A DNA stretch of 64,000 nt, taken from IMG/VR virus record IMGVR_UViG_3300045988_183986; one strand, given 5' to 3'. The stretch comes from a virus. Under the pieces are notes generated by a model. That model was not told the DNA's origin and did no database searches. It worked only from the letters and a program-made list of their open reading frames with translations. Numbering within the stretch: position 1 is the stretch's first letter; the number at the start of each line of letters is the position of its first letter. A program made the position numbers and the translations under genes. This document shows, piece by piece, positions 1 to 9,104 of this stretch.

Positions 1-1152
1 GTGGCGTTCCTGCGGAGTGCTTGCGTTCTTGAACTTACCCTTCATTACATCGGCTCGCCAATAAGGGCTGATACCCAGCACCTCATCAGCGTCGAAATCG
101 ACGAATACGCGGTACTCAGTATACAGCGGCAAACCGTTGTAGATGGTCGGGTTGTGTTCCTTGTCCTTGATATATTCCCTGAGCACCCACTCGTTTGTGG
201 TATTCGCACCATAGAAGCAGGTATTGTTCAACGGCGAAGCCATAGAACAGGTCAGATGATTCAGGAACAGGAAATACTCGCCCATCTCATTGATTTCCTT
301 CGGGTCATGGATATGAGCGTTGCGGAACTCATACTTGGAAGAATAAGTTCCGGTCTTGATGAAGTAATCCTCGTGCTCATCCAGCTTGAATATCCGCTTG
401 CAATAACGGTTCACGATTTCCTTGGTCACAGGATTCAGGGTTTCAAAGCCAAGGCGAGTGAGCTGCAGCATCGGCAGCGGAACACGCAAAATCTTGGTAT
501 CAGGAATCCTGAAGAACTTGTTCCCGCACAACGCTTTTGCCAGCGGCGGAAGCCAGAATCCCATCGTGTTGGGATTCATTTCGAGCATCTGGTAGGTGAA
601 GTCGTCGAGGTCAAGAATATCAAGACCCTGACGGAACTGGTTGTAGTAGAACTTTTTCATGCGGTCATCGCGTGCATCCTTGTACTCGGCGTAATTCTGA
701 AGCAGAATCTTATACGACGGCTCCGAAATATCGACCTTCACGAGATTTCCTGTCAGCTGAGGTCTGAGCTCTTCCGGGTATTTTTTCAGGTCATTGTTCG
801 TTACCGTCACAGCGTATCGAGATGCTGCATAGTTTACATAATATCCGCCGCGTTTTTCATTGTAGATGTACAGGCGAGTACCATCTGTTAACTCACCTAC
901 GATACGGTCAATGAGTGTTTCAAGGTCCCGCGTAAACGGCACCCTCTTGTCAAGCATAGCTTTGACAGTAGCAGTATCCCACTGTAAAAAGTTCTCGGAT
1001 AATGCCCCGCTGTCCAGCACCTGTTTCTTGTAGGTGTCCTCGAATGTTTTGAGGGCATCAGGGCTGGTTTTCAGCATTGCGGCAAGTTCTTCGTAGGAAA
1101 ACGATTTATCTTCCATTTTGGTCATCATTTTACCAATTTTGGCAATCATATT
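1..1152 (-). CDS. hypothetical protein, 3' part outside window (possible ATP-grasp-like fold, weak)
   Basis: Not in ORF track because it runs off the window. Reverse-complement reading from ATG at 1150-1152 (preceded by AAAGGAGG) gives MIAKIGKMMTKMEDKSFSYEELAAMLK... with no stop through position 1. Downstream of and co-oriented with 1176..2201. Confidence 0.5.
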
Positions 1153-1175
1153 TTCGATTTCCTCCTTTTTGGGAA

Positions 1176-2201
1176 TCAGGTGTTTGCAAAATTCGGATTC
1201 TTCCAAATCGACTTATTCCCGTAATAGACTTCGGGAATGTACTTGATGGGAATTCTGCGATTGTCTTCGAGTTGCGAATCGTTGTTCGCGATAAACTCCT
1301 CGATGCGATTTTCTTCACTGCGCGGGGTGATGTTGCAAGTCGAGAAACCTCCACCGTACAGGATATCACTGTTCATCATACCTTTGACCGGATACTTTAC
1401 TTCGGTCGTTTTACCGTTGATGTTCAGGACAAGGCGAACGGTTTCGTATTGCTTAGCAAGTTCTACAAGAAGCCTGAACATGATTTCCTGAGTGTTCGGA
1501 CTATTGTACTTTCTCATATACTCTTCCGTCAACTCTTCCACCACAGCCAATGTAATCCCGTATAGGCGTCCAGACCGCCCGGAATTTGCCTTTTTGATTT
1601 TCTCCATCGTCCGTTCAGCCCAGCCGGTGGGATTAGCAAGATAATCCACTACCAGTTCATCGGCATTTGTGGATGTCAGGCCAAAGCAAGACCCGTTTCC
1701 AATCTCATCGACAATGCTGTCAATAGGGCTGCGATAATTCTTATGCTCATTTATTATGCGACAGAAAGCGTTCTGTCGTGCTATCTTGTCGTAATAACCG
1801 CCCTTGAGAATTTTCTTCTTGTCTTCTTCCATCACATTCTCTCGGAACATATCGAACAGCTTCTGTGCCATTTCCTCTATGACAGAATCCGAGGTAAAAG
1901 AAGAACGGCAGAAAATCGTTTTGAAGTCCTGTGTTTCATTGACGGTTTTGGCATTGTCGACAACGAGGCAAAGGAAGCGTATCTCTTGGTTGAATGTTAC
2001 GGGTTTCTTTTCCAAGGTTCCATAAAACCGCTGCCCGTACAAGGCATCTACCTTGTGTTCGCCATTGGCGAGCGGAACACGAATGAAACGGTAGTAGCGC
2101 CCGGACGGTTTTCCGGTATCGGGAATTGTGTTGCCTTCGAACACGGATGCGCCGGATTTGATAGCCTGCTCAAAATCCTCACGAGTTAAATTGATAGTCA
2201 T
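1176..2201 (-). CDS. hypothetical protein (341 aa), in operon with radical SAM gene
   Basis: Long minus-strand ORF with stop TGA at 1176-1178, tightly spaced between 2231..3016 and the 1..1152 gene. No recognisable motif. Confidence 0.55.
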   Translation of the reverse strand: MTINLTREDFEQAIKSGASVFEGNTIPDTGKPSGRYYRFIRVPLANGEHKVDALYGQRFYGTLEKKPVTFNQEIRFLCLVVDNAKTVNETQDFKTIFCRSSFTSDSVIEEMAQKLFDMFRENVMEEDKKKILKGGYYDKIARQNAFCRIINEHKNYRSPIDSIVDEIGNGSCFGLTSTNADELVVDYLANPTGWAERTMEKIKKANSGRSGRLYGITLAVVEELTEEYMRKYNSPNTQEIMFRLLVELAKQYETVRLVLNINGKTTEVKYPVKGMMNSDILYGGGFSTCNITPRSEENRIEEFIANNDSQLEDNRRIPIKYIPEVYYGNKSIWKNPNFANT

Positions 2202-2230
2202 AATTTCTTCCTTTCTGTTTTTATTATTTT

Positions 2231-3016
2231 TTAGCTATTTTCTTCGATGCACAATTCGCTGCTACGAATGTTTTCCAACCATTTTTCATCCATAACATTG
2301 CCAATACGATACTTCCTCTGGGATTCATAGGACCAGTCACAACCGACGACAACATCACCGATGGCATTCAGATACAGTTCTCCATCAGTGATATTGATTC
2401 CGGCTTCATTTCCCGGTTTACAATCTCTCTCATATTCAATCACAAGTTCCGAAACTATAGGTTCTCTCTTTAGAATCTGATTTGCGTTGATAGTTTTGGC
2501 ACGACCCTCGTTAATGAGATATTGCTTGCGAAAATCCGTTACTTTATCATTACGATTATATCTCAAACCGCTAAGAATACTCGCACTTTCGCGGGGAATT
2601 TCTTCATGAAAATCATCGCTGCTGATACAAAGACCACACGAATAGTCATCCTTGTCATCGCAATAATTCCACCATTCGAGGCTCGCCAAAGCGAGTTCTA
2701 CCATCTTATCGACGGCTTTCCCGTTGGTTACCATATAAAAACTCCCAACGGAAATGTTTCGCTCTCTTACGGCGTTCAAAGTATAGCGAATAGCAGGAAT
2801 GTTCAAAGAAATTTCTCCACCCGTAAAGGTCAAGGAACTGATGTATCCTGCATTAGCAAAACTGTCAAGAAACGCATCGATATATCTTTCCTGAATATCG
2901 ACCGCCTCCGCATCACCACGCAAACAATGCGCACAGCACATATTACAGCGACGGGTAATCTCAATTACCACATCACATGCACTCGAAATATACATTCTAT
3001 TTACTCCTTTCATCAA
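2231..3016 (-). CDS. radical SAM domain protein
   Basis: N-terminal CNMCCAHC (CxxxCxxC 4Fe-4S/SAM cluster motif) followed by a TFTGGE glycine-rich SAM motif. 261 aa. Confidence 0.7.
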   Translation of the reverse strand: MMKGVNRMYISSACDVVIEITRRCNMCCAHCLRGDAEAVDIQERYIDAFLDSFANAGYISSLTFTGGEISLNIPAIRYTLNAVRERNISVGSFYMVTNGKAVDKMVELALASLEWWNYCDDKDDYSCGLCISSDDFHEEIPRESASILSGLRYNRNDKVTDFRKQYLINEGRAKTINANQILKREPIVSELVIEYERDCKPGNEAGINITDGELYLNAIGDVVVGCDWSYESQRKYRIGNVMDEKWLENIRSSELCIEENS

Positions 3017-3327
3017 TTCTCGTCCGCAAAGCTCTCATTGCGGTCAACGATGATATCCACATCAAGTGGTGTAATTTTACCCAGACCGTAATTCAAGAAG
3101 AACGAGCCGGGAATGTCATCGACATCGCCCCAGTTCCAGCAACCACAGTTGATTTCAAGCTGTCGTTTGCCTTCGTCCGTCTTGAGATAATCTTTGATTG
3201 CGCCGCGCAGGACGCTTTCCGGGTCATAGATTTGCTCCGGATTATAGCTGAATTGCATCAGCGTGCATTCCGTTGTGGATAAGTCAATAGCCTCATTGGC
3301 AACAATTGTAAAAACCTTTGTCATAGT
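3013..3327 (-). CDS. hypothetical protein (~104 aa)
   Basis: ORF 3013..3396. Likely start MTKVFTIVANEA at ~3327 preceded by GAGGAGG. Confidence 0.45.
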   Translation of the reverse strand, partial: TMTKVFTIVANEAIDLSTTECTLMQFSYNPEQIYDPESVLRGAIKDYLKTDEGKRQLEINCGCWNWGDVDDIPGSFFLNYGLGKITPLDVDIIVDRNESFADEN

Positions 3328-3346
3328 AATCCTCCTCAATAAACAG

Positions 3347-3802
3347 TCAGGCACAACGAACGCGAATGACATTATCATCATTCGACAAGCAAACAATCAC
3401 GTCCACATCCGGTCCCTCTTTCTCAAGAGCACCTTCAAGGATTGGCTTGATTTTGTGCCATTGATTTTCTGTGATTTTGCAGCCGGGGCTCATAAGCAGA
3501 ATATTTGCTTCGGCCAGCTTTGCTTTCATGACCACTTGTAGGAAACAACCGTATAGGTATCCGTAATTCACCTTGTTACTTTCAAGACAAATCATATCTG
3601 CTATTACGGTCCTTTTATTACCATAGCAGTTCACAACATGTCCCAAGTGATGTTCAGATTTGTCATACCGTACCTTGGCATCCGGAAACATGCTTTCAAT
3701 AGATTCGTTTTTGAAAACACCACTGCTATCACAAAAAACACAAACGATATTTTTGCCGGGAAACTCCTGACTTGATAAACAGCTTTTTGTCTTTTTTATC
3801 AA
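3347..3802 (-). CDS. hypothetical protein (151 aa), possible TTG start
   Basis: ORF track. Start codon at 3800-3802 is TTG with AGGA upstream. Preceded by class B promoter and leader hairpin. Confidence 0.45.
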   Translation of the reverse strand: MIKKTKSCLSSQEFPGKNIVCVFCDSSGVFKNESIESMFPDAKVRYDKSEHHLGHVVNCYGNKRTVIADMICLESNKVNYGYLYGCFLQVVMKAKLAEANILLMSPGCKITENQWHKIKPILEGALEKEGPDVDVIVCLSNDDNVIRVRCA

Positions 3803-3829
3803 TTTTTCTTCATCATCCTTTCGGCGATA

Positions 3830-3867
3830 ACAAAAAATACCGCCACCTCTTACGAGATAGCGGTATG
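3830..3867 (-). terminator. leader hairpin + T-run between class B promoter and gene start
   Basis: ATACCGC...GCGGTAT stem then TTTTTT on minus strand, ~30 nt before start codon. Confidence 0.4.
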
Positions 3868-3904
3868 TTGATTTTGAATTGTAATTGTATTTTATCTATC
3901 GAAT

Positions 3905-3940
3905 ATACTTAGTATATCGATTTTGCAGCAATTTGCAAGC
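3905..3940 (-). promoter_or_regulatory. class B promoter (TTGCAA-aTTGCTGCAAAAtcga-TATACT)
   Basis: Conserved spacer motif. Followed by leader hairpin/T-run at 3830..3867. Confidence 0.5.
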
Positions 3941-3995
3941 GCAGCTATTTAGTGGCGCTTCAACTTTTTCCGGGGGTTTTATTTTTTCGCTTTAC

Positions 3996-4793
3996 TTACA
4001 GCAAACTCATCTCTGCACGATACGCATTGGCGTCGTAGCCCCAGATATTACAAGCAAAATCGATTGCTGCGTTACCTTTGCTGGGATAACCGTCGTCAAC
4101 AAAATCTCCTTTGCAAAGCGCATACCAGCCACAATTACTTCCGATATCCTCATCCGCATATTTTACACGAATATTGGCGTGTGGGAATTTACGGCTCAGT
4201 TCGACAATGGCGCATGCAGGTGTATTCCAAGGGGTTTTAAAATTGATGGCAATTTCCGTATCATTTATTCTACGGATATTCACATCAAAAACATCCCACT
4301 TTACGCCCCAGTTTGCGACACGCCAATAATACCATGAAGCATATCCATATTTTACGGCATTTTCCAAAGCACGCTCCGCTACAGTATCGAACTCTTCGAC
4401 ATTATAGGGGATACGTTTCAGGTTGATGAGTTTGCTATCTTTCACGTGTTCCAGTTTGGAGCGAGCTTCCGCAGCTTCCTTGCAAACACCAACCATATCT
4501 GATGCAGTAAGTTTTTCCTTCCTGTGCAGGAGAAAAGTTTCTCTGCAAATAGCCTTTCTTACGTTTTCCGGATACTTCTCCGGGTCAATTCCGTATTTAT
4601 TTACGGCCGCCCATGCGAGCATCCTGTCACATGGCGATACGATTTGCAGTGATTCCGGCATAGGAACAACAGACTGAAGCGAAAAATCTTTTTCGCCATC
4701 ATCGTCTTTTCCCTTGACACGATTCAGAAAATCCTCCAACTCTGCCTGAGAATTGAAAGAAACAGACATGATATTCATGATATTGTTTGCCAT
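3996..4793 (-). CDS. DUF1281 / Api92-like ferredoxin-like domain protein (mobile-element associated)
   Basis: Motifs VANWGVKWDVFD and ACNIWGYDA resemble the NWGTKWD signature of the DUF1281/Api92-like family. 265 aa. Confidence 0.5.
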   Translation of the reverse strand: MANNIMNIMSVSFNSQAELEDFLNRVKGKDDDGEKDFSLQSVVPMPESLQIVSPCDRMLAWAAVNKYGIDPEKYPENVRKAICRETFLLHRKEKLTASDMVGVCKEAAEARSKLEHVKDSKLINLKRIPYNVEEFDTVAERALENAVKYGYASWYYWRVANWGVKWDVFDVNIRRINDTEIAINFKTPWNTPACAIVELSRKFPHANIRVKYADEDIGSNCGWYALCKGDFVDDGYPSKGNAAIDFACNIWGYDANAYRAEMSLL

Positions 4794-4810
4794 TTATTTT
4801 CTCCTTTGTC

Positions 4811-4999
4811 TTACGCGGGTACGCGTACGCAAGAATAGTGGCAAGCTCCACAATTCAGGAACTTTGCCCGCTTCATCGCCTCATCCAAGCTGAACCGCGT
4901 CGCTTCGTTAATGTTGGCAGTATCACTCTTACACTCTACGTAAAAACGCACATCTCCAAAAAACGGGTCTTTACGGCTTAGCGCATACATATTTTCCAA
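4811..4999 (-). CDS. small hypothetical protein (62 aa, Cys-containing)
   Basis: Short ORF in the gap between flanking minus-strand genes. CGACHYSC motif. Confidence 0.3.
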   Translation of the reverse strand: MENMYALSRKDPFFGDVRFYVECKSDTANINEATRFSLDEAMKRAKFLNCGACHYSCVRVPA

Positions 5000-5011
5000 A
5001 ATAAGTCCTCC

Positions 5012-5752
5012 TCAAATGTACCTCTCCCAGAACTTTTCGAATTCCTCGCTCGGCATCTGTGCTTCCGTTTCATCCAACAGTCTTTCGTAAGAATCACTGG
5101 AAACATCGGTGCCAATAAAATCGGCAACGGCATCATGACCGCGCTGCATCAAAGCGTCTTTCAGAATCGCCCAACGGCATTCGTGAATGGCATCATCCAG
5201 CGTTTTGTTGCCATCAGGCTGCCAATACTCGCCTGTCTGCTGAATTCTATAAAACTCATCCAGCGCATCATCAACATTGTTTTCGAGAAGAATATCGTCA
5301 ATAAAATTGACAGGATAATCCTTGCCGTTGATTTTCACTTCTGCATAACTGAAACAGTCGTCGTCACACGGCATTGCTGCGCATGTGACATCGAAAATCT
5401 CGTGCGTTTTCTTGTTTACCTTGCAAGGCAACTGAAATGTTGCTCCGGACTCGAAACAAGAAAAGACAACCGCTTCCTCAACATCGTTGTCGGGGCACTT
5501 TGCAGACTGGATAAATTCCGGCATGGACAGCACATCAATACTCTCCCTTCGGTCACCCATGGCAGGATAAACCTTCATGATTGTATAACCATCATGCTGC
5601 AGCTTTCGGATAGCACGGCACAGGTCGAGATGCATTTCATGAAGACTGATGCCACTGCCTCGTCCGTCTTTTTTGGTATAGATTTCGACAACTACATCTT
5701 CAGAGGTGGTCTGAACAACATAATAAGTCTTATCATTACAAATCTTAAACAT
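5012..5752 (-). CDS. hypothetical protein
   Basis: ORF 5012..5773. Likely start MFKICNDK with GAGGGAG upstream. Confidence 0.5.
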   Translation of the reverse strand: MFKICNDKTYYVVQTTSEDVVVEIYTKKDGRGSGISLHEMHLDLCRAIRKLQHDGYTIMKVYPAMGDRRESIDVLSMPEFIQSAKCPDNDVEEAVVFSCFESGATFQLPCKVNKKTHEIFDVTCAAMPCDDDCFSYAEVKINGKDYPVNFIDDILLENNVDDALDEFYRIQQTGEYWQPDGNKTLDDAIHECRWAILKDALMQRGHDAVADFIGTDVSSDSYERLLDETEAQMPSEEFEKFWERYI

Positions 5753-5773
5753 AGCACTTATCTCCCTTCTCAA

Positions 5774-5971
5774 TCAAACAAAAGCCAGAAAATCGTTGGC
5801 CGGAATCTGTCGCTGGGCATCGTAAGCGGTGCCGTAGACATCATCACCCCAACTGATTTGCACATCCTTCGTCCACAGAGCAAGCTCAGACATTTTTGCT
5901 GCCACGGCTTTTGCGGAGCTGCAGATATACTTCTTGACGGCGTTGTTTTCTTTTACGTTAATTGTAAACAT
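5774..5971 (-). CDS. small hypothetical protein (~65 aa)
   Basis: ORF 5774..6028. Likely start MFTINVKENN preceded by AGGAGG, immediately after the leader terminator. Confidence 0.4.
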   Translation of the reverse strand: MFTINVKENNAVKKYICSSAKAVAAKMSELALWTKDVQISWGDDVYGTAYDAQRQIPANDFLAFV

Positions 5972-5992
5972 TTCAATTTCCTCCTTAACACA

Positions 5993-6026
5993 ACAAAAAA
6001 ACAGCCATCTCGATTGAGATGGCTGC
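5993..6026 (-). terminator. leader terminator (hairpin + T7) directly upstream of RBS
   Basis: CAGCCATCTCaatcGAGATGGCTG + TTTTTTT on minus strand, between promoter 6085..6120 and start at 5971. Confidence 0.55.
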
Positions 6027-6084
6027 ACGAACAGATTTTGAACTAAAACAAGTCAAGGAATTGATACTTTGATTTATCTTAGTT

Positions 6085-6120
6085 CCTTAATTATATCTAC
6101 TTTGCAGCAATTGACAAGAT
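6085..6120 (-). promoter_or_regulatory. class B promoter (TTGTCA-aTTGCTGCAAAGtaga-TATAAT)
   Basis: Conserved spacer motif. Confidence 0.5.
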
Positions 6121-6147
6121 AGCCACAACAGGAATGCAACATCGTAT

Positions 6148-6369
6148 TCACGGTACTTTTTCAACGACATCTTCACCGTAAACCACGAACAGACCAGAGC
6201 CGTTATCCCAGCGAACCATGATACTGCCGGTATCGTCTATACCTGAAACTGTGCCGAGTGTTCCAATAGGTGGAGCCTGAATATCATCCATTTTCAGCAG
6301 TTTCACGCGTGTTCCGGCTGGATATTCGGCACGGAGCGCAGCGACGATTTCTCGATTTGGGAAAGTCAT
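6148..6369 (-). CDS. DUF4314 domain protein
   Basis: 73 aa; LLKMDDIQAPPIGTLGTVSGIDDTGSIMVRWDNGSGL matches the DUF4314 pattern common in Firmicutes conjugative elements. Confidence 0.6.
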   Translation of the reverse strand: MTFPNREIVAALRAEYPAGTRVKLLKMDDIQAPPIGTLGTVSGIDDTGSIMVRWDNGSGLFVVYGEDVVEKVP

Positions 6370-6385
6370 AAATGTACCTCGCTTC

Positions 6386-6934
6386 TTAATATGTCACGGT
6401 GTCAAAGAACTCCTGACATTCCTCATCGTTCAACACAACGCCAAAGTACGCAACACGCTCGACGGTGGTTTCCCACACCTTAACGGTACGCGTCATAGGC
6501 TGAACGACCCACGAATGCTGTCGCCAAAGGCCATCTTCACTTAAAGCGTACCCGGTTGCAATCTGACATCTGCCACGATTTGCATCCCACAGATAAGCAG
6601 CGTTCTGATGGCAACGACAATCTTCGCCCTTCTTCATATATTTGGAACCATAGAAGAACTGTCCTCGTTCCAGAACTTTTTCCGCATCCTCATCACGGGT
6701 ATTGAGCAAAACCTCATCACCGCCGAAAGTTAAAATTCTATCACGCAGAGCACGCAAAGTTTTTTTCATTTCGTTTGTGAGCCAAGGCGCGGTGGCGTCC
6801 TCGTTGTACAGCTGCATTGCCTCTACTCGTTTTTTCCATTCCTTATCCATTGGATTCCAGCGGACAGGGTTCGCAACCATATCAGGAGAGGTCATGGGCG
6901 TTTTGGCATTCCAACTAAATTTCTTATTTGCCAT
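6386..6934 (-). CDS. hypothetical protein
   Basis: ORF 6386..6955. Likely start MANKKFSW. Confidence 0.45.
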   Translation of the reverse strand: MANKKFSWNAKTPMTSPDMVANPVRWNPMDKEWKKRVEAMQLYNEDATAPWLTNEMKKTLRALRDRILTFGGDEVLLNTRDEDAEKVLERGQFFYGSKYMKKGEDCRCHQNAAYLWDANRGRCQIATGYALSEDGLWRQHSWVVQPMTRTVKVWETTVERVAYFGVVLNDEECQEFFDTVTY

Positions 6935-6993
6935 TATAATACTCCTTTTCAACAAAACCGCTTACCTTTTTCAGGTAAGCGGTTATATTTTGA

Positions 6994-7662
6994 TTATGCG
7001 AGCATGGGATATATTTCTTTCTTTACCGCCCTCATAAGAGCGGCAGCATGTGCGGCGTTTTGTGCATTGCCAACACCTGCGCGAGATATTTTTGGATTCA
7101 CACGCTCAATGAAATTTTTCTTATACGGGGCAGAAATGCTCCTTGCAGCATCGATAATTTGTTTCATGTTTTCAGCGTCGATTTTTTGCTGAACGCATAA
7201 TTTTTGTAACCGTGTGCAAAAAGCGTCTTTGTTGTCCCGTACAGAAGTAGAATGATTTTTTGTTTCTTTATGTGGGATGACTGCCTCACAGGCTATCCGT
7301 TTAACGCTTAACCCTTTACTGCACATGGTCTGAATAAGCCCGTCATATCCCTTGTCTGCCGACACGATGATATAATTGCTTTTCTTTCCTGTTGTGCAAA
7401 GACTACCAAGTTTAGCAACAACGTGGAAATCCATGCTGTTTTTCCCTGCATTAGAGACGCAGAACTCTACTTGGTTGACTGGGTACTTTGCCAGAAAAAC
7501 CTGCAATTCTTTAAGTGACATGTATGTGGCTTCCGGACCGATGAAGATAATCAGCTTGTCCTTTTTGGTTTTAAAATGCACTACATTTAGCCATTTCTTT
7601 TGGACATTCTCGGTATCTATTAGCCAAACGGTTCGAGTGCAGCTCACACATTTCACCCCCAC
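6994..7662 (-). CDS. NYN/LabA-like (PIN-like) domain protein
   Basis: VWLIDTENV near the N-terminus and IIVSADKGYDGLIQ later resemble the D...SxDxD acidic residues of LabA/NYN nucleases. Confidence 0.45.
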   Translation of the reverse strand: MGVKCVSCTRTVWLIDTENVQKKWLNVVHFKTKKDKLIIFIGPEATYMSLKELQVFLAKYPVNQVEFCVSNAGKNSMDFHVVAKLGSLCTTGKKSNYIIVSADKGYDGLIQTMCSKGLSVKRIACEAVIPHKETKNHSTSVRDNKDAFCTRLQKLCVQQKIDAENMKQIIDAARSISAPYKKNFIERVNPKISRAGVGNAQNAAHAAALMRAVKKEIYPMLA

Positions 7663-7949
7663 ACTTCGGTGACTTTTCTGGGGATTCCGTGCTTGTCGAT
7701 TTTCCGTCGATAAATCGTGAATTTGCTCTTGGGATGAGCATTCACATAATCGTTTCTTGCGACATCGGTGTTCGCAATCAACAGATTTTTATCGGCAATA
7801 AGAACGCTTTCCCATCCGGAATCGAGAAGCGTACTGGCAACATCCTTGAAAGATACGTCTGCAGGCGTATCGCACTTACAAACCCCTCGTGCGATAGGAT
7901 GCGCAGTGGCAATGATTTTTGCTGCCGTCATCACAGTCTCGTAACTCAT
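7653..7949 (-). CDS. hypothetical protein (98 aa)
   Basis: ORF track, co-oriented, tightly packed. Confidence 0.4.
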   Translation of the reverse strand: MSYETVMTAAKIIATAHPIARGVCKCDTPADVSFKDVASTLLDSGWESVLIADKNLLIANTDVARNDYVNAHPKSKFTIYRRKIDKHGIPRKVTEVWG

Positions 7950-7961
7950 AGTGTCCTCCTA

Positions 7962-8219
7962 TCACGCCACCTCGAAATACTTTTCGACATCGCTGTTGAT
8001 AGAACGCGCAGGAACACCCTTGGTCTTCTCACTGTAGTAGCCACGCTTTTTCAGCGTGTTCTTAACAATAGAAATGCTCTTGTCGCTGCGCATGGTACGC
8101 TTTCTCTTTTCGATGCGTGCAGAACGAATGCGCTTTTCGTACTTCTGCATACGAACAGCGTCCATAATGATAGGAGCAGTAGTCTCCGCGACATACTCGT
8201 TAAAAGTTTTCATGTTCAC
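7962..8219 (-). CDS. hypothetical protein (85 aa, basic)
   Basis: ORF track. RBS GGAGGA upstream. Preceded by class B promoter and leader terminator. Confidence 0.4.
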   Translation of the reverse strand: MNMKTFNEYVAETTAPIIMDAVRMQKYEKRIRSARIEKRKRTMRSDKSISIVKNTLKKRGYYSEKTKGVPARSINSDVEKYFEVA

Positions 8220-8239
8220 ATATCCTCCGTAATATATTA

Positions 8240-8276
8240 TTTTTCTAAATAAAAAAGGCAGCTATTTTCTCAAAAA
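8240..8276 (-). terminator. leader terminator upstream of 7962..8219
   Basis: GGTAGCTATTTTTgagAAAAATAGCTGCC + TTTTTT on minus strand, ~95 nt downstream of class B promoter, ~20 nt before start. Confidence 0.5.
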
Positions 8277-8371
8277 TAGCTACCTTTAGTACATTGTGAT
8301 TGGCGATAATTCAATCATGCACGCCCACAAAACTCTGGTACGATGCATTGTGTGATTTTATTTATCGGATA

Positions 8372-8406
8372 ACTATATATTATTAACTTTGCAGCAATTT
8401 GCAAGT
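8372..8406 (-). promoter_or_regulatory. class B promoter (TTGCAA-aTTGCTGCAAAGttaa-TAATAT)
   Basis: Conserved spacer motif. Flanked by terminators on both sides. Confidence 0.5.
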
Positions 8407-8415
8407 ACAGGATAC

Positions 8416-8452
8416 AATAAAAGCGCCTCCCGTATTACGGGGAAGCGCCTTA
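8416..8452 (-). terminator. rho-independent terminator after membrane protein gene
   Basis: GGCGCTTCCCCGtaataCGGGAGGCGCT + TTTT on minus strand. Confidence 0.55.
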
Positions 8453-8459
8453 GTGTTAT

Positions 8460-9059
8460 TTATTCTTTGTTATCCGAAGAAATTTTCGGAGACTTCTTCT
8501 TCTCAACGAAAGCATCAATCGTTCGGCCGAAACGATTAAGAAGCATTGCGCCAAGATAAAGAATGATGCCGCTAATCATGATACCAACATCAAGCGTCTC
8601 AAATCCTGCGAAACTCTTGCAATAAATAGAACTGACTGCGAGAGCGCCAAGCGTTGGCAGCGAAGCAATCGTTACCGTAAGTGCCGCATACACAACACTA
8701 TTCAGAACAGTACCAATACTTGCAATGATGCCGCGCTTTTTAAATGTGCGCTGCTTATCGTAGGACATCTGATAAGCCCCGATAAGACTTGGTTCACGAA
8801 TAATGTCGCGCAGATGCAGCAGGCACCACGCCAAAACAGCACACCCGATGCCGCAGCCGACCTTATAGGCACTCATGCGAGAACCCCACAGGTCATTTGC
8901 GTTGGCGGGAACGACGAACGCCAGAATGTTGAACAGGACGGCAAACAAGACGAACATTGCCATGTGGGGATTCTTGGCATTGTTGCGAGCCTCGTTCTTT
9001 GCCTTACTGGCGACTTCCTCGGTCTGATTGTGAATTTTTACATTGAGAATCTTTTCCAT
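8460..9059 (-). CDS. membrane protein, hypothetical
   Basis: 199 aa with 4-5 hydrophobic segments. RBS AAAGGAAAGG upstream. Confidence 0.5.
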   Translation of the reverse strand: MEKILNVKIHNQTEEVASKAKNEARNNAKNPHMAMFVLFAVLFNILAFVVPANANDLWGSRMSAYKVGCGIGCAVLAWCLLHLRDIIREPSLIGAYQMSYDKQRTFKKRGIIASIGTVLNSVVYAALTVTIASLPTLGALAVSSIYCKSFAGFETLDVGIMISGIILYLGAMLLNRFGRTIDAFVEKKKSPKISSDNKE

Positions 9060-9104
9060 TTTTTTACCTTTCCTTTCGTGTGGACGATTTAGTTGTAAAT
9101 CGTT

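Noticed and set aside
1-891. 296-aa plus-strand ORF at window start
   Set aside because: Antisense to a well-supported minus-strand gene (RBS AAAGGAGG + ATG at 1152) that reads coherently to the window edge.
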